Shown: positions 1-9,978 of the stretch, one piece after another
How the letters are laid out: every line of letters starts with the position of its first letter
How positions within the stretch are numbered: position 1 is the stretch's first letter
Origin: Candidatus Poribacteria bacterium
GTDB lineage: Bacteria; Poribacteria; WGA-4E; WGA-3G
Length of the DNA stretch: 64,000 nt
Reading direction: 5' to 3'
Assembly: GCA_965197475.1 (NCBI GenBank)
Contig: CBDANF010000003.1
Location: 3,328,001-3,392,000, forward strand
Made by a program: the position numbers and the translations under genes
The notes under the pieces: model-generated
Told to the model about the DNA's origin: nothing
The model's input: only the letters and a program-made list of their open reading frames with translations
Database searches by the model: none

Positions 1-125
1 TCCTGGAAATGCCATAAATATCCTCCAATTGTCTGAGACTATTAGATTTCTATGATTTTCAAAATCCTAATGGAAAAGAAACACAAATTGAAAGAATAGC
101 ATGGATAGCCGTGACCTGAAACTAT

Positions 126-956
126 CTATTTCTTTGCTAACTTCAGTGTATTTTCCAACAACATTGCCCGTGTTAACGGACCTACACCTCCTGGGACTGG
201 CGTAATAAAACCTGCAATCTCTTTAACTTCATCAAATTTGACATCACCGACAAGACGACCGTCAACGGAATTAATACCAACATCAATGACGGTTGTCCCT
301 GGTTTAACCATGTCCGCAGTTATCAATTCAGGCTTCCCAACAGCTGCTACAAGAATATCCGCTTGCTTTATCACTTCAGCGAGATTTTTGGTGCGTGAAT
401 GGCAGTAAGTGACGGTAGCGTTGCGGTTGAGAAGCATCACTCCCACTGGCTTCCCGATAAGATGGCTTCTACCTACACACACAGCGTGTTTACCTTCAAT
501 TGGTTTGCCTGTTAATTCAATGAGTCGAATAATCCCTGTGGGGGTGCAAGGGGTAACCGCTGCCCGATTGATAAATAGATTACCTAAATTGAAGGGTGTC
601 AAGCCATCTGCATCCTTATGAGGGACAATAGCATCTATAACTGCTTGTTCGTCAATTGTATCTGGCAGCGGCATTTGCACCAAAATACCGTGTATGTCTT
701 GACGATCATTTAATTCAGCAACTTGGTCAATGAGTGCTCGTTGCGTTATCTCAGCAGGTAGTCGGGTGACTTCTGAATGGAAGTGGACTTTTTCACAATC
801 GCGCTGTTTGTGTTTGATATAGAGGGTTGATGCGGGATCATCACCGACTTGAATAACAGCGAGTCCAGGAGTAAACGTGAGTTTTTTGACTTGCTTTCGG
901 ATTTTGCTACGAATGTGCTGCGCGAGGCGAGTGCCATTAAGGATTTCAGCTGACAA
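126..956 (-). CDS. folD: Bifunctional methylenetetrahydrofolate dehydrogenase/cyclohydrolase
   Basis: Motifs PGLAVIQVGDDPAS, HGILVQMPLP, KDADG, PCTPTGI, VGRSHLIGKP, DVGIN, ITPVPGGVGPLT. GTG/TTG-type start after GGAGG RBS. Confidence 0.97.
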   Translation of the reverse strand: MSAEILNGTRLAQHIRSKIRKQVKKLTFTPGLAVIQVGDDPASTLYIKHKQRDCEKVHFHSEVTRLPAEITQRALIDQVAELNDRQDIHGILVQMPLPDTIDEQAVIDAIVPHKDADGLTPFNLGNLFINRAAVTPCTPTGIIRLIELTGKPIEGKHAVCVGRSHLIGKPVGVMLLNRNATVTYCHSRTKNLAEVIKQADILVAAVGKPELITADMVKPGTTVIDVGINSVDGRLVGDVKFDEVKEIAGFITPVPGGVGPLTRAMLLENTLKLAKK

Positions 957-1271
957 ATGCCTTTTCCTCCAGTTTACAGGTGTTGAACGAATTTCACTAT
1001 GGGATTAGGTGCCTTGACGCATTTGTAAAACGGTGCCAAATCCCTTGTTTGGTATGACATTTATTATAACAGATTACATCGTTTTTGTCTATGGGTTACA
1101 GTGTAGTCCAAAATACTTATACATTTTTTGTGAGTTTGCTGCGTTTGTAGTCGCGCAATTCACGCGCCTCTTACATTCCGGGGAAGGTATTGGAATAGTC
1201 ATTGGACCAAAATGTCTCAATTAATTATACGCCTTATTATAAATTTGCATACACTTTTCTACTTGTGAACG

Positions 1272-3248
1272 CTACTCGGACTTAAGGCGTTTTTGACGAT
1301 CACTTAAGAAACTTAGGACAGTATCTGAACTTTGAAATCCGAGAGTGCCTGCTTCGTCTATGACCATCTGCATCTGGATAGGATTATTAGCAAGCATCAT
1401 CTCCGCTTTTTGGTAATAATCTGCTGCGGTATCCTTCTCTCCGCTTTCATGGTGCATAACTGCTAAGTAGATATGCGCGGCAGCGGACCGTGGCGATCCG
1501 GTACGGCTCTTGATAAACTCTTCAAAAGCGAAGCGCGCATCAGTATAACGTTGGTCTTCAAAATGAACCCTGCCGATACGAAATTGTGCTCTATCTGCAA
1601 AACTATCTTTATATCCGCCAGGAAGATAGAGTTCACGTTCAGGGTATCCGATTGTCGTCTGATAGGCTTCCAACGCCTCTTCAAATCGTTGGAGTTTCCT
1701 ATAGATTTCACCGACTTGGAAGGTTGCCATCATTGCTTGCAGGGTATTCGGATGGTGTGTGATTATTGCGTTGAAAGTTTGGAGTGCAGAATTCGGTTTT
1801 TCAAGTATATCTGCATAAATGATGCCGATGCGATAGCGTGCTTCAGCAGCATAAGGCGATTTAGGATGCTCCTTTACTACTTTTCTATATGCATCAACCG
1901 CTTTGGAATAATCAAGCAATTCGCGTTCATAGATAGTAGCAATCTGCAGTTGAGTTCTGACTTTTTCGGCAGTGTTTAATCGATTGTCCTGAATTTGTGT
2001 GCGTAGATTTTGAATTGTTGCACGATGTTTGATGGAACGTAGTTGCGATGCAGCACGTTTGGCAAATTGTGAATTCGTGGCGGTGATGATAAGGTTACGC
2101 GCAATTGTTAATGCCTTATCGTAGTGCCCATCTTCCACAGCCTTTTCAAGTTTTTCGAATTCGTGCTTTGGTATCAGTTGTGTTAACGTCTCAATTTTTG
2201 TGTGAAGCAGCTTGGTCACTTCTGCAACACTTTTATTATACATCGCAATCTGCCCAAGGTACACCGGATCAAGATTGGGAAGGTAAACTTTAAGAAATGT
2301 GGTAAAAGCACTAAGTGCTTCGGTATAGTTCTGAATTTTCTCATGGCAGATGCCTGACCAATAAAAAACCGCGTGCATATTCCAGAAGTTAGGGTATTGC
2401 TCAGCGATTGTATCGTATACAGTGAGTGCCAGTTGATATTCTTCCACTTCGCGATGGATACTTGCAATATGAAAGAGTGCTTCCGCAGCAAAATTGCTGG
2501 TTGGATAATTGTCTGCTACTCTCTTGTAGGCATCAACGGCTGACTGCGATTGATGAAACACTGTGTGCCTTAAATGCGCGATCCGCCATTGTGCTTCAGC
2601 AGCTAACTTGTCAGTAGGGTGTTTTTCAAGTAATACTTGATATGCTGCGATTGCTTGTTCAGGTTGATTGAGTTGAGAGTGAGTTCGATAGAGTTCAGCA
2701 ATCTGAAATTGGGCAACTGCCTCAAGCGGGGTGCCTTTGTAGGTACGTACAATCTCTTCCTGAATCTGTAGGTTTTTTAGTGCAGTTCGAATGTCTCGTA
2801 TTTTCTGTAATCCGATTTTATATACGAAATGTATTTCTGGTGCCGTGCCAACGAGCGTGCGGAAACTATGAATAGCCTTCTCATATTCTCCCATCCTACT
2901 GTACACATCACCAATCTTTATATACGAGAGAAAAATCTCAGCGATGGGCAACCCATCGGCTCTCATACTGAGAATTTTTTTATATGCCTTGAGTGCCTCT
3001 GGATATTGCTGTGTATAGTTGTAATAGATCTCGCCGAGTTGGTAGTAACACCAACTCTGGGTTTCAATATCTTTGGCAGATTCCGCGAGTTTTTTCAGCT
3101 TGGCGGTAGCTTCTGGATAGCGTCTTTCCTGAACTAAGGAGGTTACCTCATCACGCTGCGCGTGTGCAGTGGATAAAACCGCAAGCATCAATAGCAAGAT
3201 ACCTGAAACGCAAAAATAGATTAGAAAAGTAAACTTCAATTTTCCCAC
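1272..3248 (-). CDS. Secreted TPR-repeat protein (BamD/YfiO-like TPR), third gene of the ECF operon
   Basis: N-terminal signal peptide ending AHA; repeated AxxA(Q/R)(F/Y)xI(G/A)xIY...A...Y..L...YP motifs. Confidence 0.85.
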   Translation of the reverse strand: MGKLKFTFLIYFCVSGILLLMLAVLSTAHAQRDEVTSLVQERRYPEATAKLKKLAESAKDIETQSWCYYQLGEIYYNYTQQYPEALKAYKKILSMRADGLPIAEIFLSYIKIGDVYSRMGEYEKAIHSFRTLVGTAPEIHFVYKIGLQKIRDIRTALKNLQIQEEIVRTYKGTPLEAVAQFQIAELYRTHSQLNQPEQAIAAYQVLLEKHPTDKLAAEAQWRIAHLRHTVFHQSQSAVDAYKRVADNYPTSNFAAEALFHIASIHREVEEYQLALTVYDTIAEQYPNFWNMHAVFYWSGICHEKIQNYTEALSAFTTFLKVYLPNLDPVYLGQIAMYNKSVAEVTKLLHTKIETLTQLIPKHEFEKLEKAVEDGHYDKALTIARNLIITATNSQFAKRAASQLRSIKHRATIQNLRTQIQDNRLNTAEKVRTQLQIATIYERELLDYSKAVDAYRKVVKEHPKSPYAAEARYRIGIIYADILEKPNSALQTFNAIITHHPNTLQAMMATFQVGEIYRKLQRFEEALEAYQTTIGYPERELYLPGGYKDSFADRAQFRIGRVHFEDQRYTDARFAFEEFIKSRTGSPRSAAAHIYLAVMHHESGEKDTAADYYQKAEMMLANNPIQMQMVIDEAGTLGFQSSDTVLSFLSDRQKRLKSE

Positions 3249-3292
3249 GAAAAACCCTATTAATTTGAGAGATCGTCTAAGTATTCAGACGT

Positions 3293-3904
3293 TCAGAGTT
3301 TTGAATTAACACGTTTTAGGTGTTTGTTGGCAATAATTGCCAAATCGGTACCTTGGGCTCGGTCTTTGACGCGATTCAGTTGACTGACTGTATCCCAATC
3401 ATCTGAATTACGTAGATGCTTATTTCGCAGTACATCATCCAAGCTGCGTTGAATGCCCTGATGTCTGTACTGTTCAATACGCGCGGCCGCTGACTCGGGT
3501 TCATCCTTAGGTGGTCCGGGACGGAACGGATTTCCAACAAAAAATGCGACAGTAATTACCGCAACAGTGAAAAGACAGATGCTGGCCACTTTCTGTTCCT
3601 GCAAAACTAATAGGATATTTGACGAAAAATCTGATAAGCGCGAACGTAGTGAAGGCTTATCAGGTGGCACCGCAGCGAGTCGCTTGTACAGTTTCATCTG
3701 CAGGTTGTGTGGAGCAATCGCATGAGGAGCTAATTCTTCCTCTGCTTCATCCACAAGGTGAAGCACATATTTAAAAGCGGTGACCTGTCTAACGCAACGA
3801 TCACATGTCGTAAGATGCCGTTCAAAATCCACAACTTGTGATGCGTCTAACTCACCATATAAATAATCAATGGCTTGTGCTTCAGATCTATTACATTTAG
3901 GCAT
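3293..3904 (-). CDS. Zinc-binding anti-sigma factor (zf-HC2) with one TM helix
   Basis: DYLYGEL...FERHLTTCDRC (HxxxCxxC), hydrophobic VASICLFTVAVITVAFFV; directly downstream of the ECF sigma gene. Confidence 0.88.
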   Translation of the reverse strand: MPKCNRSEAQAIDYLYGELDASQVVDFERHLTTCDRCVRQVTAFKYVLHLVDEAEEELAPHAIAPHNLQMKLYKRLAAVPPDKPSLRSRLSDFSSNILLVLQEQKVASICLFTVAVITVAFFVGNPFRPGPPKDEPESAAARIEQYRHQGIQRSLDDVLRNKHLRNSDDWDTVSQLNRVKDRAQGTDLAIIANKHLKRVNSKL

Positions 3905-3915
3905 GAACGTACCTC

Positions 3916-4497
3916 CTATATTTCGTTATTTTCCCATAAGGGTCGTAGTATAGTTTGTAACTTTTTGATTGCGCGGTGAAGATGAATCTTTACTGTCCCT
4001 TCAGCCATTCCGAGTGTCGCGGCAACTTCCTTAATCTGTAGACCTTCATATCGTGTTAACATAAAAACTGCCTTCTGTTTTGAGGAGAGTTCGTCAACAG
4101 CTTCTCGGATGATGCGTCCACGTTCTTTATCTTCAAGTTGTTTTTCGGGGTTGCTTGAGATGTCTGTAGCCACGAGTCTCGTTTCAATGACATCTTCATC
4201 TTCAAACGTAAAAACAGGTTGTCGGGATTTAGAACGGTGATAATCAATAGATAGATTAGAGGCAATTGTGTATAGCCATGTGGAAAATTTTGCTTTTGGT
4301 TCCCATGAATTGAGCGCGCGATATGCCTTGAAAAAGACTTCAAGCGTTAACTCTTCGGCATCTTCGTAATTTCTAACAGAACGCAGAAGATACCCGAAGA
4401 TTCTACGTTCATAGCGTTTCATCAATTCATCAAAAGCCTTCTGGCTACCGGATTTGAACTGTGCAACAAGCATTTCATCGTCAATCAATTTGTCCAT
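3916..4497 (-). CDS. ECF-type RNA polymerase sigma factor
   Basis: AFDELMKRY, DAEELTLEVFFKAY, FSTWLYTIASN (region 2); GLQIKEVAATLGMAEGTVKIHLHRA (region 4). Confidence 0.95.
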   Translation of the reverse strand: MDKLIDDEMLVAQFKSGSQKAFDELMKRYERRIFGYLLRSVRNYEDAEELTLEVFFKAYRALNSWEPKAKFSTWLYTIASNLSIDYHRSKSRQPVFTFEDEDVIETRLVATDISSNPEKQLEDKERGRIIREAVDELSSKQKAVFMLTRYEGLQIKEVAATLGMAEGTVKIHLHRAIKKLQTILRPLWENNEI

Positions 4498-4542
4498 AAT
4501 TTCTGCCAGACTTTCGTTCAGTTTGTGACAACTTACTTCTTT

Positions 4543-4570
4543 AACGTAGATGTGTTTTATTAAGTTTACA
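4543..4570 (-). promoter_or_regulatory. Candidate autoregulatory ECF promoter
   Basis: Minus strand reads TGTAAAC-N17-CGTT about 45 nt upstream of the ECF start, matching the generic AAC/CGT ECF promoter pattern. Confidence 0.5.
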
Positions 4571-4829
4571 GAAATTTCGGTTTTGTGTCAAATTTTGTCA
4601 ATTTCATTCTCAGTAGGTGCAGTTTCCAAACCGCAACGTTTTTCTTAAATTGATATCTATAGTGTGGTTTCCTAACCGCACCCGGCATGATGGTTATGGA
4701 ATTACCCAATTATTTTTAATCTTCATACAGATTGTGTTATAAATAAAGTCAATAGATGCCAATTTAAGTGGATTTTTGAAGAAAATTAAGGTAAAATGAT
4801 AACAGTAAAAACCAACGGAGGTATTTTCA

Positions 4830-5861
4830 GTGGCACACGCACATTCTAATTCTCATACAACACCCTTAGTAATCCCAGCTTCAGAAACAGCAGAACGGAT
4901 GGCACAGGCAGCAGTGAATTTTCTGGACGTTTTGCCTCCTACTTTACGCGAAAAAGCGTGCCAACCATTTGATGGAAATGAACGGTTTCGATGGCACTAC
5001 ATTCCAATTGAAATGTGGGAACGGCAAGGTGTTTCACTCAAAGAACTAAATACGAAACAACAAGAAGCGGCGTTTGCACTGATGGAAAGTGGGTTAAGTG
5101 CTAATGGATATCAGAAAGCCCGTGCAATCATTAATTTAGAGACCACACTCGGCGAAATTGAGAATACAAACGGAGAAGGAAGACTCAAACGTGATCCTGA
5201 ATTCTACTTTTTCACCGTCTTTGGTGATCCAACAGGGAATAGTGCGTGGGGGTGGCGCACTGAAGGGCATCATGTCTCTCTTAACTTTACGGTTGTCAAT
5301 CGCGAGTTGATTTCTCCCAACCCTTTTTTCTTTGGTTCAAACCCTGCAGAAGTGCCACAAGGTGAAAAGAAGGGTTTAAGAGTCCTTTTCGCTGAGGAAG
5401 ATTTGGCACGTCAACTCTTAGCGAGTCTAACGCCGTATCAAAAAACTCACGCCCTCATCAATACGGAAGCACCGCCCGATATTCTGACGCGTAACGCCCC
5501 CAAAGTTGATTTTGAGGCAGTTGAAGGATTAGCAGTTGAAATGATGCAAACGTATCAACGCGAACTTCTGGTTCAATTGATTCATGAATATATTGATCGA
5601 CTTCCGGATGAGGTTGCAAAGATCGAACGCCGTAAACTACGTGACAGCAGTGTTAATGACATTCACTTTGCCTGGGCAGGTGGTGAAGAACGTAGGACAC
5701 CTCACTACTACCGAGTTCATGGACCACTATTCTTTGTAGAGTATGACAACACGCAGAACAATGCGAATCATATTCATTCTGTGTGGCGACATATTGAAGA
5801 TGATTTTGGTGTTGATCTGCTTCGGTTACACTACCATAAAACTGACCATCACGATCATTAA
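4830..5861 (+). CDS. DUF3500 domain protein
   Basis: RWHYIP, FGDP...WGWRTEGHHVSLN, HYYRVHGP, EYDNTQNNANHIHSVWR motifs; GGAGG RBS. Confidence 0.9.
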   Translation: MAHAHSNSHTTPLVIPASETAERMAQAAVNFLDVLPPTLREKACQPFDGNERFRWHYIPIEMWERQGVSLKELNTKQQEAAFALMESGLSANGYQKARAIINLETTLGEIENTNGEGRLKRDPEFYFFTVFGDPTGNSAWGWRTEGHHVSLNFTVVNRELISPNPFFFGSNPAEVPQGEKKGLRVLFAEEDLARQLLASLTPYQKTHALINTEAPPDILTRNAPKVDFEAVEGLAVEMMQTYQRELLVQLIHEYIDRLPDEVAKIERRKLRDSSVNDIHFAWAGGEERRTPHYYRVHGPLFFVEYDNTQNNANHIHSVWRHIEDDFGVDLLRLHYHKTDHHDH

Positions 5862-5940
5862 CCCAAGTTGCTGCGGACAAGATTTTAGACATGCATACAC
5901 CGTTTTAATCGAAAATAGTTCATTATATGCTAAGATTTCG

Positions 5941-6888
5941 GAGAGTATTGGTTAAATAATGATATTCATGTTTTCTATTCCGTCGAGTTTTAAAATGTCA
6001 AACACGTTGCCATTGACACGAAATCGTGCGAACAAAGCAATCGTCAAATCCACCATTTCTATGCTTTTGGAAACAATAATGGACTTGCGCTTGAAGCGTC
6101 CGAACCAGTGGCGCATCCGACCATTGTTGCGTTCAATGCGATGCGTCTCCGCTTTATCCTGAACATGTTTTACGGCAGGTAGGACCGACTCATAGACCTG
6201 CCATTTGTCTGTGTAATATATCTTAGCATTGAGGGTTGAGAGCCTTGCCGTGAGTTTTTCAAGGGTTTGTTTATCACGCCCACCACATTCCCAGTCAATG
6301 AGGTATCCTGTGTTTCTGTCAAGTGCCTTCCATATCCAGAGTTTGTTTTTCTTGTTCCCAATATAGTGCCACATCTCATCAAGTTCCAAGCAGACGGTGG
6401 TGCCGGGTGTGAGTGTTTGTTTCGGTGCCTGTTTTTTAGCAAAGGTGCGTATCCATTGAAGCACAGTTGTTACGTGGCATCCGACAAGTTTTGAGATAGC
6501 ATTCATTGAGATGCCGTGGCAATATAAGAGAACGGCGAGAGTTTTCTGTGCTTGTGGTTTCCCCCGGGGTGTTGTGCGCGTCCATTGATAACCGCAGTTT
6601 TTGCATTTATAGCGTTGTTTAGTTTTGACGAACCCGTTTTTGACGAAGTGAGTGTGTTGACATCTTGGGCAATTCTTCATGGTGTCCTCTATAGAGCAGC
6701 GAGTTTGTTTTCAATAAGGATATAGGTTTTAGATACATCTGTCAATCAAAATCAGTTTATTAGTTTGATTTTGATTGACAATTTTTGTCATAAGTGTTAT
6801 CATTAACTCTACTCTAATTGAAATGTGATGCAGAGCGGTTCAGAGGGTATCCCGCTAATTCTTGCATCATTATTTAACCAATACCCTC
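5941..6888 (-). mobile_element. IS1-family insertion sequence, copy 1
   Basis: Terminal inverted repeats GAG(A/G)GTATTGGTTAAATAATGAT at 5941-5963 and 6866-6888; homologous to the copy at 52752-53689. Confidence 0.88.
5952..6680 (-). CDS. IS1-family transposase (single ORF)
   Basis: N-terminal CPRC...KNG...QRYKCKNC zinc ribbon, HTH, ELDEMWHYIG, TDKW, IERNN..MRH; stop codon lies inside the IR. Confidence 0.93.
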   Translation of the reverse strand: MKNCPRCQHTHFVKNGFVKTKQRYKCKNCGYQWTRTTPRGKPQAQKTLAVLLYCHGISMNAISKLVGCHVTTVLQWIRTFAKKQAPKQTLTPGTTVCLELDEMWHYIGNKKNKLWIWKALDRNTGYLIDWECGGRDKQTLEKLTARLSTLNAKIYYTDKWQVYESVLPAVKHVQDKAETHRIERNNGRMRHWFGRFKRKSIIVSKSIEMVDLTIALFARFRVNGNVFDILKLDGIENMNIII

Positions 6889-6907
6889 TAAAAAAGGAGA
6901 TAAACTT

Positions 6908-7696
6908 ATGTTTTACCGTTTGTTTGCATGGTTCTGTATTTTGAACCTCGTTTTGAGCGTAATGGCTGTAGAAGCTGCTAAAATTGCTGTTGTTGATTTT
7001 GCTGACCCGTGGACAGAGGTTGATGCGTTGCGTCAGACACTGAATGAATTCAAAGTTGAGTACGATGATCTGACAGAGGCACTTGAAGGTGGGGAGCTAC
7101 CTCTCAAAGCGGAAAATAGAATTTTCTTAATCGGTAGCATGACAACTAACAATGCTGGATTGCACCAAAACCTTGACAAGAATGCAAAAGCGATTCAGGA
7201 TTTCGTCGTAAATGGTGGTGTCGTCTGGGAACCGACCCAAGCTGATCAGAACGAAGCGAATGTGGATTGGTTGCCGCCTGAATTGAGTTGTGTTCGGGGT
7301 GACTCTGATAGTGCATCTTTTAAAATATTAGACGCGGACCATCCGCTCTTTAACGAACCAAACCGTATGAGTGAGGATACGTTTAAAGACTGGGGATTAA
7401 AAGGCTGGCCTACTGTTTGGGAAGCCATCGCTTCTCAGACAGGATTTGACGTGCTGGGGGAAGTTGAAAATTCGGGACAACCTGTCATTATGGAAGCGGA
7501 ATACGGGAAAGGTAAGTTCCTGATGATGGCAATTGCACCTGATGCATACTATATTGCAGGTAAAGATGACCATACGAAAGACATGGCAAAGCTTTTCATG
7601 GAGAATTTGCTGAACTATGTTGAAGAATTTGTATTTGCTGCTGTTGAATCAGATGGGAAGCTCACAACGAGGTGGGCGAATCTGAAAATGCGATAA
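6908..7696 (+). CDS. Secreted protein with GATase/ThuA-like domain and C-terminal KLTTRWANLK motif
   Basis: Signal peptide, DFVVNGG, HPLFNEPN, YGKGKFL; C-terminus AVESDGKLTTRWANLKMR; AGGAG RBS. Fold assignment is inference. Confidence 0.75.
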   Translation: MFYRLFAWFCILNLVLSVMAVEAAKIAVVDFADPWTEVDALRQTLNEFKVEYDDLTEALEGGELPLKAENRIFLIGSMTTNNAGLHQNLDKNAKAIQDFVVNGGVVWEPTQADQNEANVDWLPPELSCVRGDSDSASFKILDADHPLFNEPNRMSEDTFKDWGLKGWPTVWEAIASQTGFDVLGEVENSGQPVIMEAEYGKGKFLMMAIAPDAYYIAGKDDHTKDMAKLFMENLLNYVEEFVFAAVESDGKLTTRWANLKMR

Positions 7697-7757
7697 ATGG
7701 AATATTGGGCATTATCTCCCGGTTTTCCTCTTCCTCTAATTTGATTGACAACATATC

Positions 7758-7799
7758 TTTTCCATTATAGTGGTCCGTATGAACCACTATAATGGAAAA
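7758..7799. terminator. Hairpin between convergent genes, probable bidirectional terminator
   Basis: TTTTCCATTATAGTGGT / ACCACTATAATGGAAAA perfect 17-bp inverted repeat. Confidence 0.65.
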
Positions 7800-7820
7800 A
7801 TATTGACAAATGCAAAACCA

Positions 7821-8672
7821 CTATCGGACAGACTTTAAGTTGCCCCAGGTAGTAGTTAATTTATCCGCTGGTTCAACGGCAGTTACAGCTTCACTGCTAA
7901 GGACAACAAGGCCGGTCTTTTCAGGATTTTTCCCGTGGACAATAGCATGCGGATACCATCCACTCCAACCTTTTTGACCAGGAGCGTCATTATCGCCATC
8001 ATTGACACAGATGCTTAACCCAAATTCAAGTCCTTCACTAAGTGTGATATCAAGACCGAAATTCGCAGGAACGAATTTAAATTCATAATAGGTTTTCTTG
8101 GCACTCTCGTCTCGGATAATAGCAACATCCTCACCAGCAACGAGTCCAGGGTTGTTGTGGGTCCTCTCATTCATGTTCTGTGTGATGATGTTCTCTGCAC
8201 CATTGTCTAACGCTCCATTATACAGGAACTGAGGTTGTTGTGATGCCCGCTCGCCACCAAGTGTAAAGGTGAGTTGTGCGCCATCTCCTTCCCATGGATT
8301 TGCTCCGCCGTGTTCATGTTCGTCATCGGTAACCTCAAGCGCAAGATAGACCGCATCGGCATTCCACACAATCATGAAACAGGTCTCATGGTCTTCGGGA
8401 CCGCTCCAAGTGCCCCCTAAGTCTTCCCAAACTTTAACTACACTATCCCTTCCTTCAAATTCAACACCGCAAAACGTGCTGCCGTCGGTGCCTGTAACTG
8501 AGTCCATCACACCTGCCCATTCGTCAAGATTTCCATCAATTGTAACGTCAATACCAGTAGGGGCATTGTAAACATCGTGTGTTTCGCTGCGCCACTGTGC
8601 ATCTGCGATATTAATTGCGAATAATGATACTGCTGCGAATAGCGCAGCCAGTACAAAAACATATTTTGTCAT
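7821..8672 (-). CDS. Secreted CBM9/DOMON-like sugar-binding protein with C-terminal KLTTTWGNLK motif
   Basis: Signal peptide (ADA), TIDGNLDEW, WNADAVYLALEVTDD, YYEFK, FGLSICVNDGD; C-terminus AVEPADKLTTTWGNLKSVR. Confidence 0.8.
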   Translation of the reverse strand: MTKYVFVLAALFAAVSLFAINIADAQWRSETHDVYNAPTGIDVTIDGNLDEWAGVMDSVTGTDGSTFCGVEFEGRDSVVKVWEDLGGTWSGPEDHETCFMIVWNADAVYLALEVTDDEHEHGGANPWEGDGAQLTFTLGGERASQQPQFLYNGALDNGAENIITQNMNERTHNNPGLVAGEDVAIIRDESAKKTYYEFKFVPANFGLDITLSEGLEFGLSICVNDGDNDAPGQKGWSGWYPHAIVHGKNPEKTGLVVLSSEAVTAVEPADKLTTTWGNLKSVR

Positions 8673-8797
8673 CTAATTTCCCTCTCTTTTTTAATATTAA
8701 TTGTTTCCACCTTGGTGGAACTTTCAATAATGCAACAACGTTGCTTAATTTGTTAGTAATTTTTGGGCAGGCATTTCTGCCCAAAAGTAACGTTTAT

Positions 8798-8917
8798 CAG
8801 GACTTACGCAGTTGGTTTAGAAGTCCCCTTGATAAGGGGGTTAGGGGGTTAAAAGCACCAAATTCTGCCTATTTAACCCCCTAACCCCCTTATCAAGGGG
8901 GGAATGCGTAAGTCCTG
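8798..8917. mobile_element. 120-bp MITE-like palindromic element, copy 1
   Basis: TIR CAGGACTTACGCA / TGCGTAAGTCCTG, internal CCCCTTGATAAGGGGG and CCCCCTAACCCCC palindromes, flanking direct repeat GTTTAT. Confidence 0.85.
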
Positions 8918-9024
8918 GTTTATAATAAAATAAAACACGAGTACACTTCCGCAAGCGCGCTTACAAAGCGCGCCTACTACAATTTTCCAAAACCACGGAT
9001 ATAGATTGAAGCATGTCAAAACCT

Positions 9025-9852
9025 TTATCGGACTGATTTTAACCTACCCCATGTTGTCGTTAACTTGTTTTTAGCTTCAACAGCGAGAGTTTCATCTGTG
9101 AGTTTGACGAGACCTGTTTTTTCAGAATTCTTTCCGTGGACAATAGAATGTGGATACCATCCACTCCAACCTTTTTGACCAGGAGCGTCTTTATCGCCAT
9201 CATTGACACAGATGCCAAGCCCGAATTCGAAACCCTCAGTGAATTTATCGCCCCCATTCAATTCATCAGCAGAGAATCTGATTTCATAATAAGTTTCTTT
9301 CTCATTTTCATTTCGGACGATGGCAAAATCCTCACCTGCAGTGAGACCATTTTTTGCGGGTATCTCATTACCGGTAATTAAATTTTCAGCTTTATCGTCT
9401 AAGGCAACGTTATAGTGCCACATGGCTAAATCGTCACCTCGTTTTCCAGTCATTTCAAAAATAAGTTGAGTACTATCACCCTTCCAAGCACCACCACCAG
9501 AATGTTGATGCTCGTCATCAGTAACGCCTAGTGCAATATAAACAGCATCGGCATCCCACACAATCATGAAACAGGTTTCGTGGTCATCTGCTCCGTTCCA
9601 CTTTCCACCCTGATTTTCAAAAGCACCAAGGTTTTCAAATTCAACACCACAGAATGGTTCACCATCGGTACCTGTAACTGTTTCAATAACACCTTCCCAT
9701 CCCTCTTCATTATCAAGTTCGCCATCAATGGTAATGTCAGCAGGTTTTTGAAGCGCATTGTAAACGTCATGCGTATCGCTACGCCACTGTGCATCTGCTG
9801 CAACGCTTGTTAAAAATAGCAATAGTGTAATTGCAATCAAAAACTTTTTCAT
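9025..9852 (-). CDS. Secreted CBM9/DOMON-like protein, tandem paralog of 7821-8672
   Basis: Shares QWRSxTHDVYNA, TGTDG, DHETCFMIVW, CVNDGD.DAPGQKGWSGWYPH.IVHGKN; C-terminus AVEAKNKLTTTWGRLKSVR. Confidence 0.82.
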   Translation of the reverse strand: MKKFLIAITLLLFLTSVAADAQWRSDTHDVYNALQKPADITIDGELDNEEGWEGVIETVTGTDGEPFCGVEFENLGAFENQGGKWNGADDHETCFMIVWDADAVYIALGVTDDEHQHSGGGAWKGDSTQLIFEMTGKRGDDLAMWHYNVALDDKAENLITGNEIPAKNGLTAGEDFAIVRNENEKETYYEIRFSADELNGGDKFTEGFEFGLGICVNDGDKDAPGQKGWSGWYPHSIVHGKNSEKTGLVKLTDETLAVEAKNKLTTTWGRLKSVR

Positions 9853-9978
9853 CTTATATTCTCCTTGTTAGAAGTTAAATTTTATTATCCGAAAACTCCG
9901 TGTACATAATTCACACTCAATGTATTTTAAGATAATTATAACAAAATTTCAAGGTAATTTTGTAAACTGACCAAATTG

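Noticed and set aside
1025-1040. Possible sigma54 site upstream of folD (TGGCAC on the minus strand)
   Set aside because: The -12 element reads TAC instead of TGC and the spacing is off.
8798-8917. MITE and 33-bp repeats as a CRISPR array
   Set aside because: Copies are dispersed, there is no regular repeat-spacer pattern and no cas genes are present.
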